Origin: Sminthopsis crassicaudata
Taxonomy: Eukaryota
Direction: 5' to 3'
NCBI RefSeq assembly: GCF_048593235.1
Contig: NC_133622.1
Location: 246,144,055 to 246,208,054, forward strand
DNA: 64,000 nt
The translations under genes were made by a program, and so were the position numbers. How positions within the stretch are numbered: the first letter of the stretch is position 1; each line of letters begins with the position of its first letter. Positions 24,749-34,178 of this stretch are shown here, piece by piece. The notes beneath the pieces are model-generated. The model was given only the letters and a program-made list of their open reading frames with translations, was not told the origin of the DNA and ran no database searches.

Positions 24749-27700
24749 ATGGGTCAGATAAGCCTTAGTATACAAGAATATGATGATGTTTATATTGAAT
24801 ACTCTGGTGATTTCTCAGTACCTTCTCTAAAAGATACTAGGCAATCAATATATTCCACCAAGTTCTACAATGTATGAATCATCAAAATCTTCACAATGCT
24901 TGTGTGTTCACAGATTTAGAGTTGAACAGTTTGTCATGTTTTTGAGTTTTCAAATGAGAGCAAGAATGAATTGGTGAGGGAAGTGATGGTTTTGAGATTA
25001 TTTTTAGAATTATAGGTAAATAATCCAATGTCAATGCCAACATATGCACATCAGAACAAATAACACAGGTATTGTCCATTTTATAGTGGTTACAATTATT
25101 TTTCTTTGTACTGATTTGTTTGCTCATGTGCTTAGTATATGAACTTAAAATCATGGAGATGATCTCTCAATGATTCTTTTGTGTGCAAGTCATTTTGACA
25201 TCACAGTGTGGATAGTATGTTGGGATGGAATTAAGACCTTAGCCTTAATTCTGTTTCTGATTCTTCTGATCTATGTAATCTTTTTTACTTCCCTTTGAGA
25301 TATTCTTCTATGTGTCAATTGTACATGCTTATTTACTGCAAGTTCATTGAGGGCAGGGAAGCCTTTGCCTTTCTTTGTAACCCTAGTATTAAACATAGTC
25401 TTTGGGACATGGTAGGCACTTAATAAGTGCTTATTAAATTATTGTAACTTGTCTATGCTTAAGCCTCAGACTCTCTGATCCCCCATTGCACTGCTGTAAC
25501 GGATACACAGTATTATCTTTGTAGCTCACAGAATCACATTGAATCTCATCAGAGATGACAGATATCGATATCTATATATCTATATAAAACATACTTTGTG
25601 AATACCAAAAGTCCCATGAAGATATGTCATAATTATTATTCTTATCTATGATCATAGACCCCCTACCTTCTATTTTATGCAAAATTATAATACTAACCAC
25701 AAGGAGGGTTGGGCAAGAGGGACAATTCCGTGCTGCACTTTATCCATAGTTTAATCTTTATGATAGAGTACTCCAAAAATTACTGGAGCACTGTATTACT
25801 GTGTCAGTTCTAAACACCTCTCTGTTTCCTCCATCCTCTCATATTTAATATAGTTTTTGTTGCAGAAAAGATTGTACTTTTGAATAAATCCACTGGAGTG
25901 AGTACTCAATTTCGAAGTAGAAGGCAGTTATTCAGTCTTGAAATTTTTATTTAGAATTGGGAAACTTAAAGTCAATCACTGAATGTCTCTTTTCTTCCTT
26001 TATAAATAAAGCACTTGAATAATTGATCTCTAAGCTTCCTTCTAGTTTTGAGTTTCAGCTTCTGTGATCATGTTTGAAAGAGACATTCAAATAAAGAGGG
26101 TCTCAGCAATCAGTGGCTCTATCCAGTGGAAACCACTTTTGAATGACTTTACGTAGATGTTAGCTAGAAGATCTCCTATTTTCTTCTAACTGGAAAATGA
26201 ACATTTATGTGGGTAGGAAATAAAGCAAATATTGCTTATTTATCAATGAAAATTAAAACTAGGAGACTGATGATATAAAGTGGAATCATCTACATTTGTA
26301 TTGTCTCATATTGTCTTCTGAGAATTGCAGGGTTCTAACAGCTTTCTAAGTTTTGGCTATAGAGAGGTAAAGAGAAACCTGGAGCACAACAATATGTATT
26401 TTGTTTATGTATCTGTAAGCATAACAATACATATTCTGTTTATGTATCTGTAAGTATGTTAACATGAATAAGTTTATGTTTATTATATGTGAATATATAT
26501 ATATATATAATTGGAAGGTAAGATTATGCTAAATCATTAAGGGCACTGAACTTTAGCAATGCCTTTCAAATGTTTGAATTATGAGACTAAATGATAGAAT
26601 ATTTGTAAGGTTGGAGAATTAGTTCTAATATTGATATGGAAGTTCAGTTTTGTGGGAAAGTTGGAAAAGAGAGTGAGGCTAGGAGAATATTTCTAAGTGG
26701 AAGGAAGATACAGATCTATGTATCTATGTATCTATCTATACATCCTTTCATCCATTCATCAATCCATCTTTTCATCTATCTATCATTGTTCATCATCTCA
26801 CTATGTTTATATTGATCATCTCTACAGATACATAAATAAATATATATAAGTATATAAACACTGTCACTTATATAAAATACAATATATATTTATTTATATA
26901 TATAAAACATGTGTTTATAGATAAATACATACATATATGTATTTCTATATATCACTCCCACATTATCTCTATAATTGTTTATAGCATCCATCCATATATC
27001 TAAGCCATTGAGTTCTCAATCATATATCTCTCAACATGTATATTTATATATCCATATATCTATTTCTATATTTCTTCCTATCTCTTTATCCCTGCCATCT
27101 CCAATTTTACTTGTACCTCTACCTCTGTCTTGCCCATTTATATTAGCAGACATGGTTTTCTCTCCAGCATATCCTTGTAGAAATAAAATCACAGCATCAT
27201 TCCTAATGCTTTTTTAGTCATTTTTCCTATCAATGAGCTATCCCTAATTTATAATTCCATAATTAGCTATTAGTTTATCCATATATGGATGACCTGGATA
27301 AATAGATTCCTTTCACATATTAAGAAATAGTATGCAGAGATTACAGCAATCATAAAAGTTGACTTTGCTAGGGACAGTGCAGATTATATTGTCCAAAGAA
27401 CTAATTTAATAGCTGCTCGGCCTGATGCCAAAAGAGAGAGATGAAAAGGTGAAATTAATGGTGAAATGCCTCAGGAAGGGGCAAAACCAACTCTAAAAAT
27501 CAGATCTGTTGAATTCCCACTTCCATCATCTGATCATTGAACCAGATGAAAGATCATGCTAGTCTTGTTTTTTCTGACTTGAGGAAAGATGTCTTTCTGG
27601 AAAAAGGAGAAACTTTACCCAGCTTATTTACAGAGAAGATACTCATTGAGTGATGAAAAAAAGGGAATTTATTAGGTGGGGATTTTCACCCTGAAGAACA

Positions 27701-28008
27701 AAAAAGGCTTCTGCCAGCCATTCAAGTTTGGAGGCAGAAATGGGACATCTGTTTCTTTTGTAAAAGCAAAGTCACAATCAGGGACAGTCTTATCAAGAAT
27801 AAAGAAGCCCATTGGAACAGTAAAATGTTAGCCAATTACTTACTTGTAAACTCAGAATCAGAGATTTTGTAATCCCTGGAAAGTGCATAAAAGAGTGGTC
27901 CCCAAAGATGAGTTTAGCAAAGAAAATAAATAAAGATAGGAAGAATATTTTGGAAGTGATGACATTTCCACTCAATTCTTTTTAATTTAAGCCTATAACA
28001 TAAATCTT

Positions 28009-28147
28009 TTTTTCCTTTTTTAAAATTAATTTTATAATTATAAAATTTTTTTGACAGTATATATGCATGAGTATTTTTTTTATAACATTATCCCTTGTAT
28101 TCATTTTTCCAAATTTTCCCCTCCCTCCCTCTACTTCCTCCCCTAGA
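28009..28147 (-). mobile_element. Severely 5'-truncated L1 3' end with 15-bp TSD
   Basis: TSD tataacataaatctt at 27994-28008 and 28148-28162. Body matches the L1 3' UTR at 62420-62570. Empty site in the paralogous unit at about 17043-17060. Confidence 0.85.
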
Positions 28148-29275
28148 TATAACATAAATCTTAAACTACATATATATTGGTAATTTGAATATGGGATAGA
28201 GTAATTGAGTGGTTGGTAGCATTGTAAAGAATATTAGACCTGAAGTCAGAAAGACTCAATTTCATGATTTCAAATCTGACCTCAGACACTTAATTGGAAA
28301 TGTCATGGAAGGCAAGTCACTCTTGTGTGCCTCAATTCTAATCTGTAGAATAAGTTGGAGAAGTAAATGGTAAACCAATCTAGTATCTTTGCTCAGAAAA
28401 CCCCCAGTGGGGTCATGGAGAGTCCGAATTGAAAAAGTGATTTACCATCAACAGAGTATGCACTGTTGCTAGTATTATAGATATTGGCATTTTTTAAAAT
28501 AAGAGAGACACTGCATTTAGAATCAGAATAATCAGTGAAGATCTAACTTTATTATTAATAGTCTTTGTTACTTCATACAAAACATTGAATCAATATGAGC
28601 CCTTATTTACTATCCTAAGATTTAATATCCTCAGTAATATTAGCTTAAATTGTATAATACCTGAATGCTTTCAAATGCCTTCCTGAATATAACTTATGAA
28701 ACATGTAATAAAAGTATAAATCTTTCCCTCATCCTAATCTTTCATTTTCTCTCTATGAGATTTATAGATAGATACATATAGGGATAAATATGTATATATA
28801 TACACACATACATATATGTATACATACATATATACTAATGGATATATACAAATATATTTATTTATTCATATACATATGTATATATTTATATATGTATACA
28901 TACATATGTGATCATAAACATGTGTGTGTCTATTTATGTGTGCACATGCTGACATGCATGAAATCCATTTCCACCTTTAATGGTGACAGCCTTCTTTATT
29001 ATCTTTGTAGTAGTATCATTCACATTCCTAATGTTCATCATGTATAACTTCTTCTGGATATTCTACAGGATCAAGTATTTAAAACTCTGTTGCAGAACTT
29101 TGGGATGCAGCTCTGTCTTCAGCTCATTTTGGCCTAAAATATAGTTTAATTTTGCTTTTGTTCAGGCTTAAGCTTCTATCTAAATAAGTATTTTAATTCT
29201 TTCTCATTTTCAACACATTTTTACTGCTACTCATTGGGTTATTTGTTTTCAGTTAAATTACAGCACTGCAGCAGG

Positions 29276-30223
29276 ATGGGCAACTTGTCAATCATCACAG
29301 AATTCCTCCTCATGGAGTTTTCCAGCACACGTGACCTGCAGGTCTTACATGCTGTGCTGTTCCTGCTGATTTACCTGGCAGCCCTTCTGGGGAACCTTCT
29401 CACCTGTGCTGCAATTATCACTGACCCACACCTTCACTGTCCTATGTATTTTTTCCTGAGTAACTTATCCCTTGTAGATATTGGGACCATCTCTGTCACA
29501 CTTCCTAAATTCATTGTGAATTCCTTGAGTGGTGTTCAGTCCCTGTCCCTCCTGGGATGTGCTGCCCAGATCTTCTTCTTTCTCTTTTTTGGAACAACAG
29601 AGTTTGCTTTGCTTGTGGCCATGTCCTATGACCGCTTTGTGGCCATCTGCCAGCCCCTCCACTATGGCATCATCATGACTCCAGCACGTTGTCTCTGGGC
29701 AGCAGCTGGCTCATGGCTCAGTGGGCTTCTTTATTCAGCCGTACACACAGGAAACATGTTCCGGCTGCCCTTCTCAGGATCCAATGTGATCCACCAGTTT
29801 TTCTGTGACATCCCTCATGTCTTGAAAGTCTCGACCTCGGATGTGTTTAATACTGAGTTTATATTAATTGTAGTAAGCTTGTGCTGTTTGTTATGCTGCT
29901 TTGCCTTTTTAATCACAACCTATGCTCGCATTTTCTCCAGTGTGCTCAAGATTCCTTCTGTGGAAGGACGCTACAAGGCCATTTCCACATGCTCCCCTCA
30001 GTTGATAATCCTCATGTTATTTCTCATTTCTATAATGCTTGCTGTCCTCAGGGACACATCAGACACATCACCTATCCAAAACCTTTTAGTTGCAATGGCT
30101 TATACCACACTGCCTCCCCTGCTGAACCCTCTTATCTATAGCCTGAGGAACCAGAAGGTCACAGCTGCCATGGGCAAGATGATCAAGAGGATAGTTTTCC
30201 CCCCAATTTTTGGAAAGTATTAA
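29276..30223 (+). CDS. Olfactory receptor, family 14-like (OR gene 3), 315 aa, intact
   Basis: Same OR motifs as gene 2; ATG at 29276. Confidence 0.96.
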   Translation: MGNLSIITEFLLMEFSSTRDLQVLHAVLFLLIYLAALLGNLLTCAAIITDPHLHCPMYFFLSNLSLVDIGTISVTLPKFIVNSLSGVQSLSLLGCAAQIFFFLFFGTTEFALLVAMSYDRFVAICQPLHYGIIMTPARCLWAAAGSWLSGLLYSAVHTGNMFRLPFSGSNVIHQFFCDIPHVLKVSTSDVFNTEFILIVVSLCCLLCCFAFLITTYARIFSSVLKIPSVEGRYKAISTCSPQLIILMLFLISIMLAVLRDTSDTSPIQNLLVAMAYTTLPPLLNPLIYSLRNQKVTAAMGKMIKRIVFPPIFGKY

Positions 30224-30666
30224 GAAGTGGAAGAATGTGCATTGGTGCTGTAAAATGTGCAAGGTGATACATTAGGTCATGTAGAAATGACACCAAAAAT
30301 CATATCAATGAGGAAATAACTCTTTAGGTAAAATATTACATTGGGTAGAATGAATTGGTATTATTTTAGTGTAACTTTGAACCACTCTGTAACTGGTCAT
30401 TTTCTGTAGTGGAATATTTATGATTCTAGCCCATGTCTTTGGGCAACTGTGTCCTCAGAGGAATGGATGAAACACTCATTGATCCCATGAGGGAACAGTA
30501 GATTAGCTTAACTAAAAGCAGCCATCAGGATGATTGTGTTGTTTCTACTCTTGATATGAATCTTGTCTTATCACTTCCATTTCATGTTTTTGTTTCTCTT
30601 TATCTTTAGGATGATAATGATCTTTTTTTTCTTTGCATGTTAAAAATATATTCCTCATTCCAAGTA

Positions 30667-31134
30667 TGTAACGAGCTGTCGTCTCTAGAAGCTGCTGGAT
30701 CGCTCTCTGGGAAGAGATCTGCTGTGTCCTTTACTCAAATCTCTCCGACAGATTCTTCTTCCTGTAACGAACCGTTGTCTCCAGGCAGTTGCTGTTAACT
30801 CTTGTCCAAAGAAGTGACTTCCCTTCCTGCAGAGAGCCCCGTCAAGCCTGATGCAATTCAGAGTCTTCCTTCTTGAATCCTGGCTCTGAATCTCCTCCAG
30901 CTCTTATCCTTCTCCAGGCCGATCTGCTCTCTGCGCCCAGTGCTGTCTCTTTTTATCCTCCCAGAGAATGGGCGTGGGATAATGCAAGGGCTTCTGGGAA
31001 GAACCACCCCAGCCAATGAGCTTGCCCCCTCTATCAAGTCAACCTGAGTTCTCACCTTGTAATTGTCCAGAAAACCTGAATTCTCACCTTGTCACCATCC
31101 AGACAACCTCAGTTCTCACCTAGTAATCCCAACA
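30667..31134 (-). repeat. 3' LTR (468 bp)
   Basis: Abuts the PPT. CCAAT box at 31013-31017, TATA-like ATAAAAA at 30950-30956, AGTAAA at 30730-30735 on the minus strand. Confidence 0.96.
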
Positions 31135-31150
31135 TCTCCCCCTTTCTTTT
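31135..31150 (-). promoter_or_regulatory. Polypurine tract
   Basis: Minus strand AAAAGAAAGGGGGAGA immediately before the TGTTGGG LTR start. Confidence 0.92.
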
Positions 31151-31435
31151 GATTTAGAACATAGGACAGTCATGACCTTGAAACATAAATCCATCAATAT
31201 GGGAAGTATTACAGATAATTACATAAATTACATAAGCACATAGTAACATAGTAACATAACACATGCTAGAAGTATATAACATAATCATAATCATAAATTG
31301 AAAATTTATAAATGTCCATAAGTCCATTGTCCATTAGTCTCATCTTGTGTGAGGAAGTCCAATGATTCCTGCTGGTTTTTTAAAGTTCTTTAACAGTCTT
31401 CTTATTATCCATGCTCTTTCAGTGTCAGATGTTTC

Positions 31436-31625
31436 TTAGATCTTCTCCTTTATTTTGAGGTCTTTCTCTTTTTCTGTCTCTCTCTGATGGATAAGGCGAA
31501 TATGACTCGTTGGCACCCATCTGATTCCTTCTCCTGCTGAAGAAATACAAGCAAACCCTCTCTCCCAGGCAGTTAACCTATCTAATTTCCTTCTATTTAC
31601 CACTTTCTAAATCTCTTCTCATCAT
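31436..31625 (-). pseudogene. pol: Remnant of the betaretroviral integrase C-terminal domain
   Basis: Reads MMRRDLESGK*K, then after a frameshift LDRLTAWERGFACISSAGEGIRWVPTSHIRL. This matches the W-R/K-D..G.W.GPD..WGRG.AC..W.P pattern of betaretroviral IN C-termini. Confidence 0.75.
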
Positions 31626-31632
31626 CTGACAA

Positions 31633-33456
31633 TTACATTGGAGTTGTTTGCACTGGGCACAGCCCTGTTGGTTTAAAAGGCCTGTATTCTCCCCAAGTGT
31701 AATCCATTTTTGCAATCTGATTGCCTTTTGACTGACTTATCAGGTAATCCCTTTCTGCCATGTGATTGCTTCTCTGCTGATTGATTAAATCAGAGTCCTG
31801 GCCTTCTAAAGGTTCTTTGGGTGTAACATCAGCTGCCATCATGCCCCAAGTCTTTTTTGCCTGGGGCCCTGGACCTGGGCCCCTCATCCCATTTCCCTGA
31901 ATTATTCTACACTCTGATGCCCAATGGAGTCCTCTGTTGCATTTTGGACATGGGGTTTTAGGTCTTCTCTCACCCTGTCTTCTCACTGTATCTCCATACC
32001 TACACTGAGCTCTTAGATGTCCAATTTTTCCACATTGAAAACATCTCCGAGTTTCTCTAGAAGGCCCTTGCCAGGAGGGACCCTGTCTTTCCACATTCAT
32101 CATTGTCCGGGTGTAAAAAGCATTTGTTCCCACTGTAGCACAGCGTCTTATGATCTCCTCTAAAGGAGCATCTTTGTCTAATCCCCATATAATTCTTTTG
32201 CAAATCTCATTGGCATTTTCCTTAGCCAGATGTCTGGTCATTATTTCTGTAGCTGAATTTTCTCCAATAGTTCTTTTGACAGCAGTTTGCAAACGTCCCA
32301 CAAAATCTGCAAAAGGTTCATTGGGACCTTGCTGTATTTTAGTGAAAGCCTCTCCACGATCTTTCTGTCCAGGAAGGACACCCCAAGCTTTTATTGCAGC
32401 CTTAGCAATTTGTTCATATATTGTCATGGTATAATTAATCTGTTCCGAATTCTCTCCATATTGACCTTCACCAGCTAAGTGCTCAAAAGTGAATTGTGTG
32501 TTAACTCCTATTTCCAAATTGCATCTGACTTGAATTTTACATAATTCATGAAATTCCGCAAGCCATAATAAATTTTCTCCAGGCTCCAGACATGTCCTTG
32601 CTATGGATTTCCAATCATTCGGGGTTAGGACTTCATAAGACAAACCATCTAGTAACATTTTGACATAAGCTGATGTAGCCCCATAAAGGGTACAACCTTT
32701 TTTCAAATCCTTAATTGTATTCAAATCTAAAGGTGCATATCTTCTCCTTTTTTTACCTACAGAGTCAGTATTTTCAATCACAGGATATGCATGTATAAAA
32801 TCACTTATATCCTGTCCTTCTCTCTTAGCTTTAACCAATGCTTTTTCTAATCTTGTCATAGGCTTAGGCTTCTTCACAGGCAATTCTGTTTGTGTTTCTG
32901 CCTCTTCCCCTCTTTCTTCCTCCATCTCTGAAGGTGGGGTTGATGTGGGCCTGTCAATAATCTGTTCTCTAGGCAGGGTTGAAGCTTCTTCAAGAGAATC
33001 ATACCATAATTCCTCATTTAAATCCTCTTGCTCTAGGGAAAGATCTTGATCTTTCCTTTTTTCCTCACACTTCCTCCTCTGTTCATTTTTAGAACTTTTC
33101 CTTCTCCTACAACTTGCTTGATAGTTTAAGGCTAATTGAACTATGTTGTAGATATAAAATACTTCTGCAGAAATTGAACGAGGCCCATTTTTTGCTTGAA
33201 ATTCTTTCATTTCATATCCCACTAGCTTCCATTTATCTACATCTATTTTTTCTTCCTCTAAGAACCAAGGGGATGTGCGTCTTAATGCAGCCAAGAGTTT
33301 AGCAATCTGTACCCAGGTTACAAGTAAACTCTGCTCCTCAATTATGTTGATTATACTCTCTATAGTACCACTCCTGAATGGAGCTGAGGTTGCGTCTGGG
33401 GCTGAGGTTGAGTCGGCTGAGGTCCAGGGATTGAATATAGCTAACATCTGCCCCAT
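31633..33456 (-). CDS. gag: Intact betaretrovirus-like Gag polyprotein, 607 aa (MA, CA, NC with two CCHC knuckles, C-terminal extension)
   Basis: MGQ myristoylation-type start, major homology region IQQGPNEPFADFVGRL, zinc knuckles CFQCGKIGHLRAQC and CPKCNRGLHWASEC, GNGMRGP tail motif. Confidence 0.96.
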   Translation of the reverse strand: MGQMLAIFNPWTSADSTSAPDATSAPFRSGTIESIINIIEEQSLLVTWVQIAKLLAALRRTSPWFLEEEKIDVDKWKLVGYEMKEFQAKNGPRSISAEVFYIYNIVQLALNYQASCRRRKSSKNEQRRKCEEKRKDQDLSLEQEDLNEELWYDSLEEASTLPREQIIDRPTSTPPSEMEEERGEEAETQTELPVKKPKPMTRLEKALVKAKREGQDISDFIHAYPVIENTDSVGKKRRRYAPLDLNTIKDLKKGCTLYGATSAYVKMLLDGLSYEVLTPNDWKSIARTCLEPGENLLWLAEFHELCKIQVRCNLEIGVNTQFTFEHLAGEGQYGENSEQINYTMTIYEQIAKAAIKAWGVLPGQKDRGEAFTKIQQGPNEPFADFVGRLQTAVKRTIGENSATEIMTRHLAKENANEICKRIIWGLDKDAPLEEIIRRCATVGTNAFYTRTMMNVERQGPSWQGPSRETRRCFQCGKIGHLRAQCRYGDTVRRQGERRPKTPCPKCNRGLHWASECRIIQGNGMRGPGPGPQAKKTWGMMAADVTPKEPLEGQDSDLINQQRSNHMAERDYLISQSKGNQIAKMDYTWGEYRPFKPTGLCPVQTTPM

Positions 33457-33624
33457 TTCAGCTATAAGAGATTCCTGGTTTAGCCCTTAACAAGTTAAGT
33501 TCCTTATTTATCTATTAGCACGCTCACTTAATCTTTAACAAAGTTTCCTCGTTACTCACGGTTCTGGGTCAGAGAGACTGAGATCTAGATCGGAAGCTTT
33601 TCCACTGGAATCAGGACTGTGTCT

Positions 33625-33642
33625 GTCCCTGTTCGGGCGCCA
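33625..33642 (-). promoter_or_regulatory. Second (internal) primer-binding site, tRNA-Lys3
   Basis: Minus strand TGGCGCCCGAACAGGGAC, 18/18 to the tRNA-Lys3 PBS used by HIV-1 and MMTV. Confidence 0.93.
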
Positions 33643-33693
33643 AATTGCAAAGGTCTGGTCTAGCTCTTCTTGTCAGAATAAGCAAAAGTCCTT

Positions 33694-33711
33694 GCCCCAC
33701 GTTGGGCGCCA
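33694..33711 (-). promoter_or_regulatory. Primer-binding site, tRNA-Lys1,2
   Basis: Minus strand TGGCGCCCAACGTGGGGC, 2 nt after the 5' LTR terminal CA; 18/18 to the tRNA-Lys1,2 PBS (MPMV type). Confidence 0.95.
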
Positions 33712-33713
33712 AT

Positions 33714-34178
33714 TGTAACGAGCTGTCGTCTCTAGAAGCTGCTGGATCGCTCTCTGGGAAGAGATCTGCTGTGTCTAATCAAATCTCTCCGACAGATTCT
33801 TCTTCCTGTAACGAACCGTTGTCTCCAGGCAGTTGCTGTTAACTCTTGTCCAAAGAAGTGACTTCCCTTCCTGCAGAGAGCCCCGTCAAGCCTGATGCAA
33901 TTCAGAGTCTTCCTTCTTGAATCCTGGCTCTGAATCTCCTCCAGCTCTTATCCTTCTCCAGGCCGATCTGCTCTCTGCGCCCAGTGCTGTCTCTTTTTAT
34001 CCTCCCAGAGAATGGGCGTGGGATAATGCAAGGGCTTCTGGGAAGAACCACCCCAGCCAATGAGCTTGCCCCCTCTATCAAGTCAACCTGAGTTCTCACC
34101 TTGTAATTGTCCAGAAAACCTGAATTCTCACCTTGTCACCATCCAGACAACCTCAGTTCTCACCTAGTAATCCCAACA
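33714..34178 (-). repeat. 5' LTR (465 bp)
   Basis: Identical by eye to the 3' LTR except taa (33776-33778) in place of ctttac. Confidence 0.96.

Larger units (their letters stand above)
30667..34178 (-). mobile_element. Betaretrovirus-like (class II) endogenous provirus, internally deleted, gag-only
   Basis: Two near-identical TG..CA LTRs, 6-bp TSD CAAGTA (30661-30666, 34179-34184), Lys tRNA PBS, polypurine tract, gag ORF. Confidence 0.97.

Noticed and set aside
30858-31055. Identical 65-aa ORF in both LTRs (MRTQVDL..., also 33902-34099) as a possible sag/rec-like accessory gene
   Set aside because: Starts at a non-ATG codon, is short and has no recognisable motif; identity just reflects LTR identity.
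31540-31600. TGG-to-TAG and GGG-to-GAG changes in the integrase remnant as APOBEC3-type hypermutation
   Set aside because: Only two inferred sites with no consensus to compare, gag shows no such stops, and marsupials are reported to lack APOBEC3.
31820-31897. A protease ORF in the -1 frame after the slippery sites
   Set aside because: The frame closes at TGA within about 25 codons; no dUTPase or DTG/DSG motif.
33378-33415. DSTSAPDATSAP in Gag as a PSAP late domain
   Set aside because: The motif is TSAP, not P(T/S)AP, and lies at the matrix N-terminus; it is a short 18-nt duplication.
32150-33490. Plus-strand ORFs antisense to gag
   Set aside because: Short shadows of the gag frame with no independent support.
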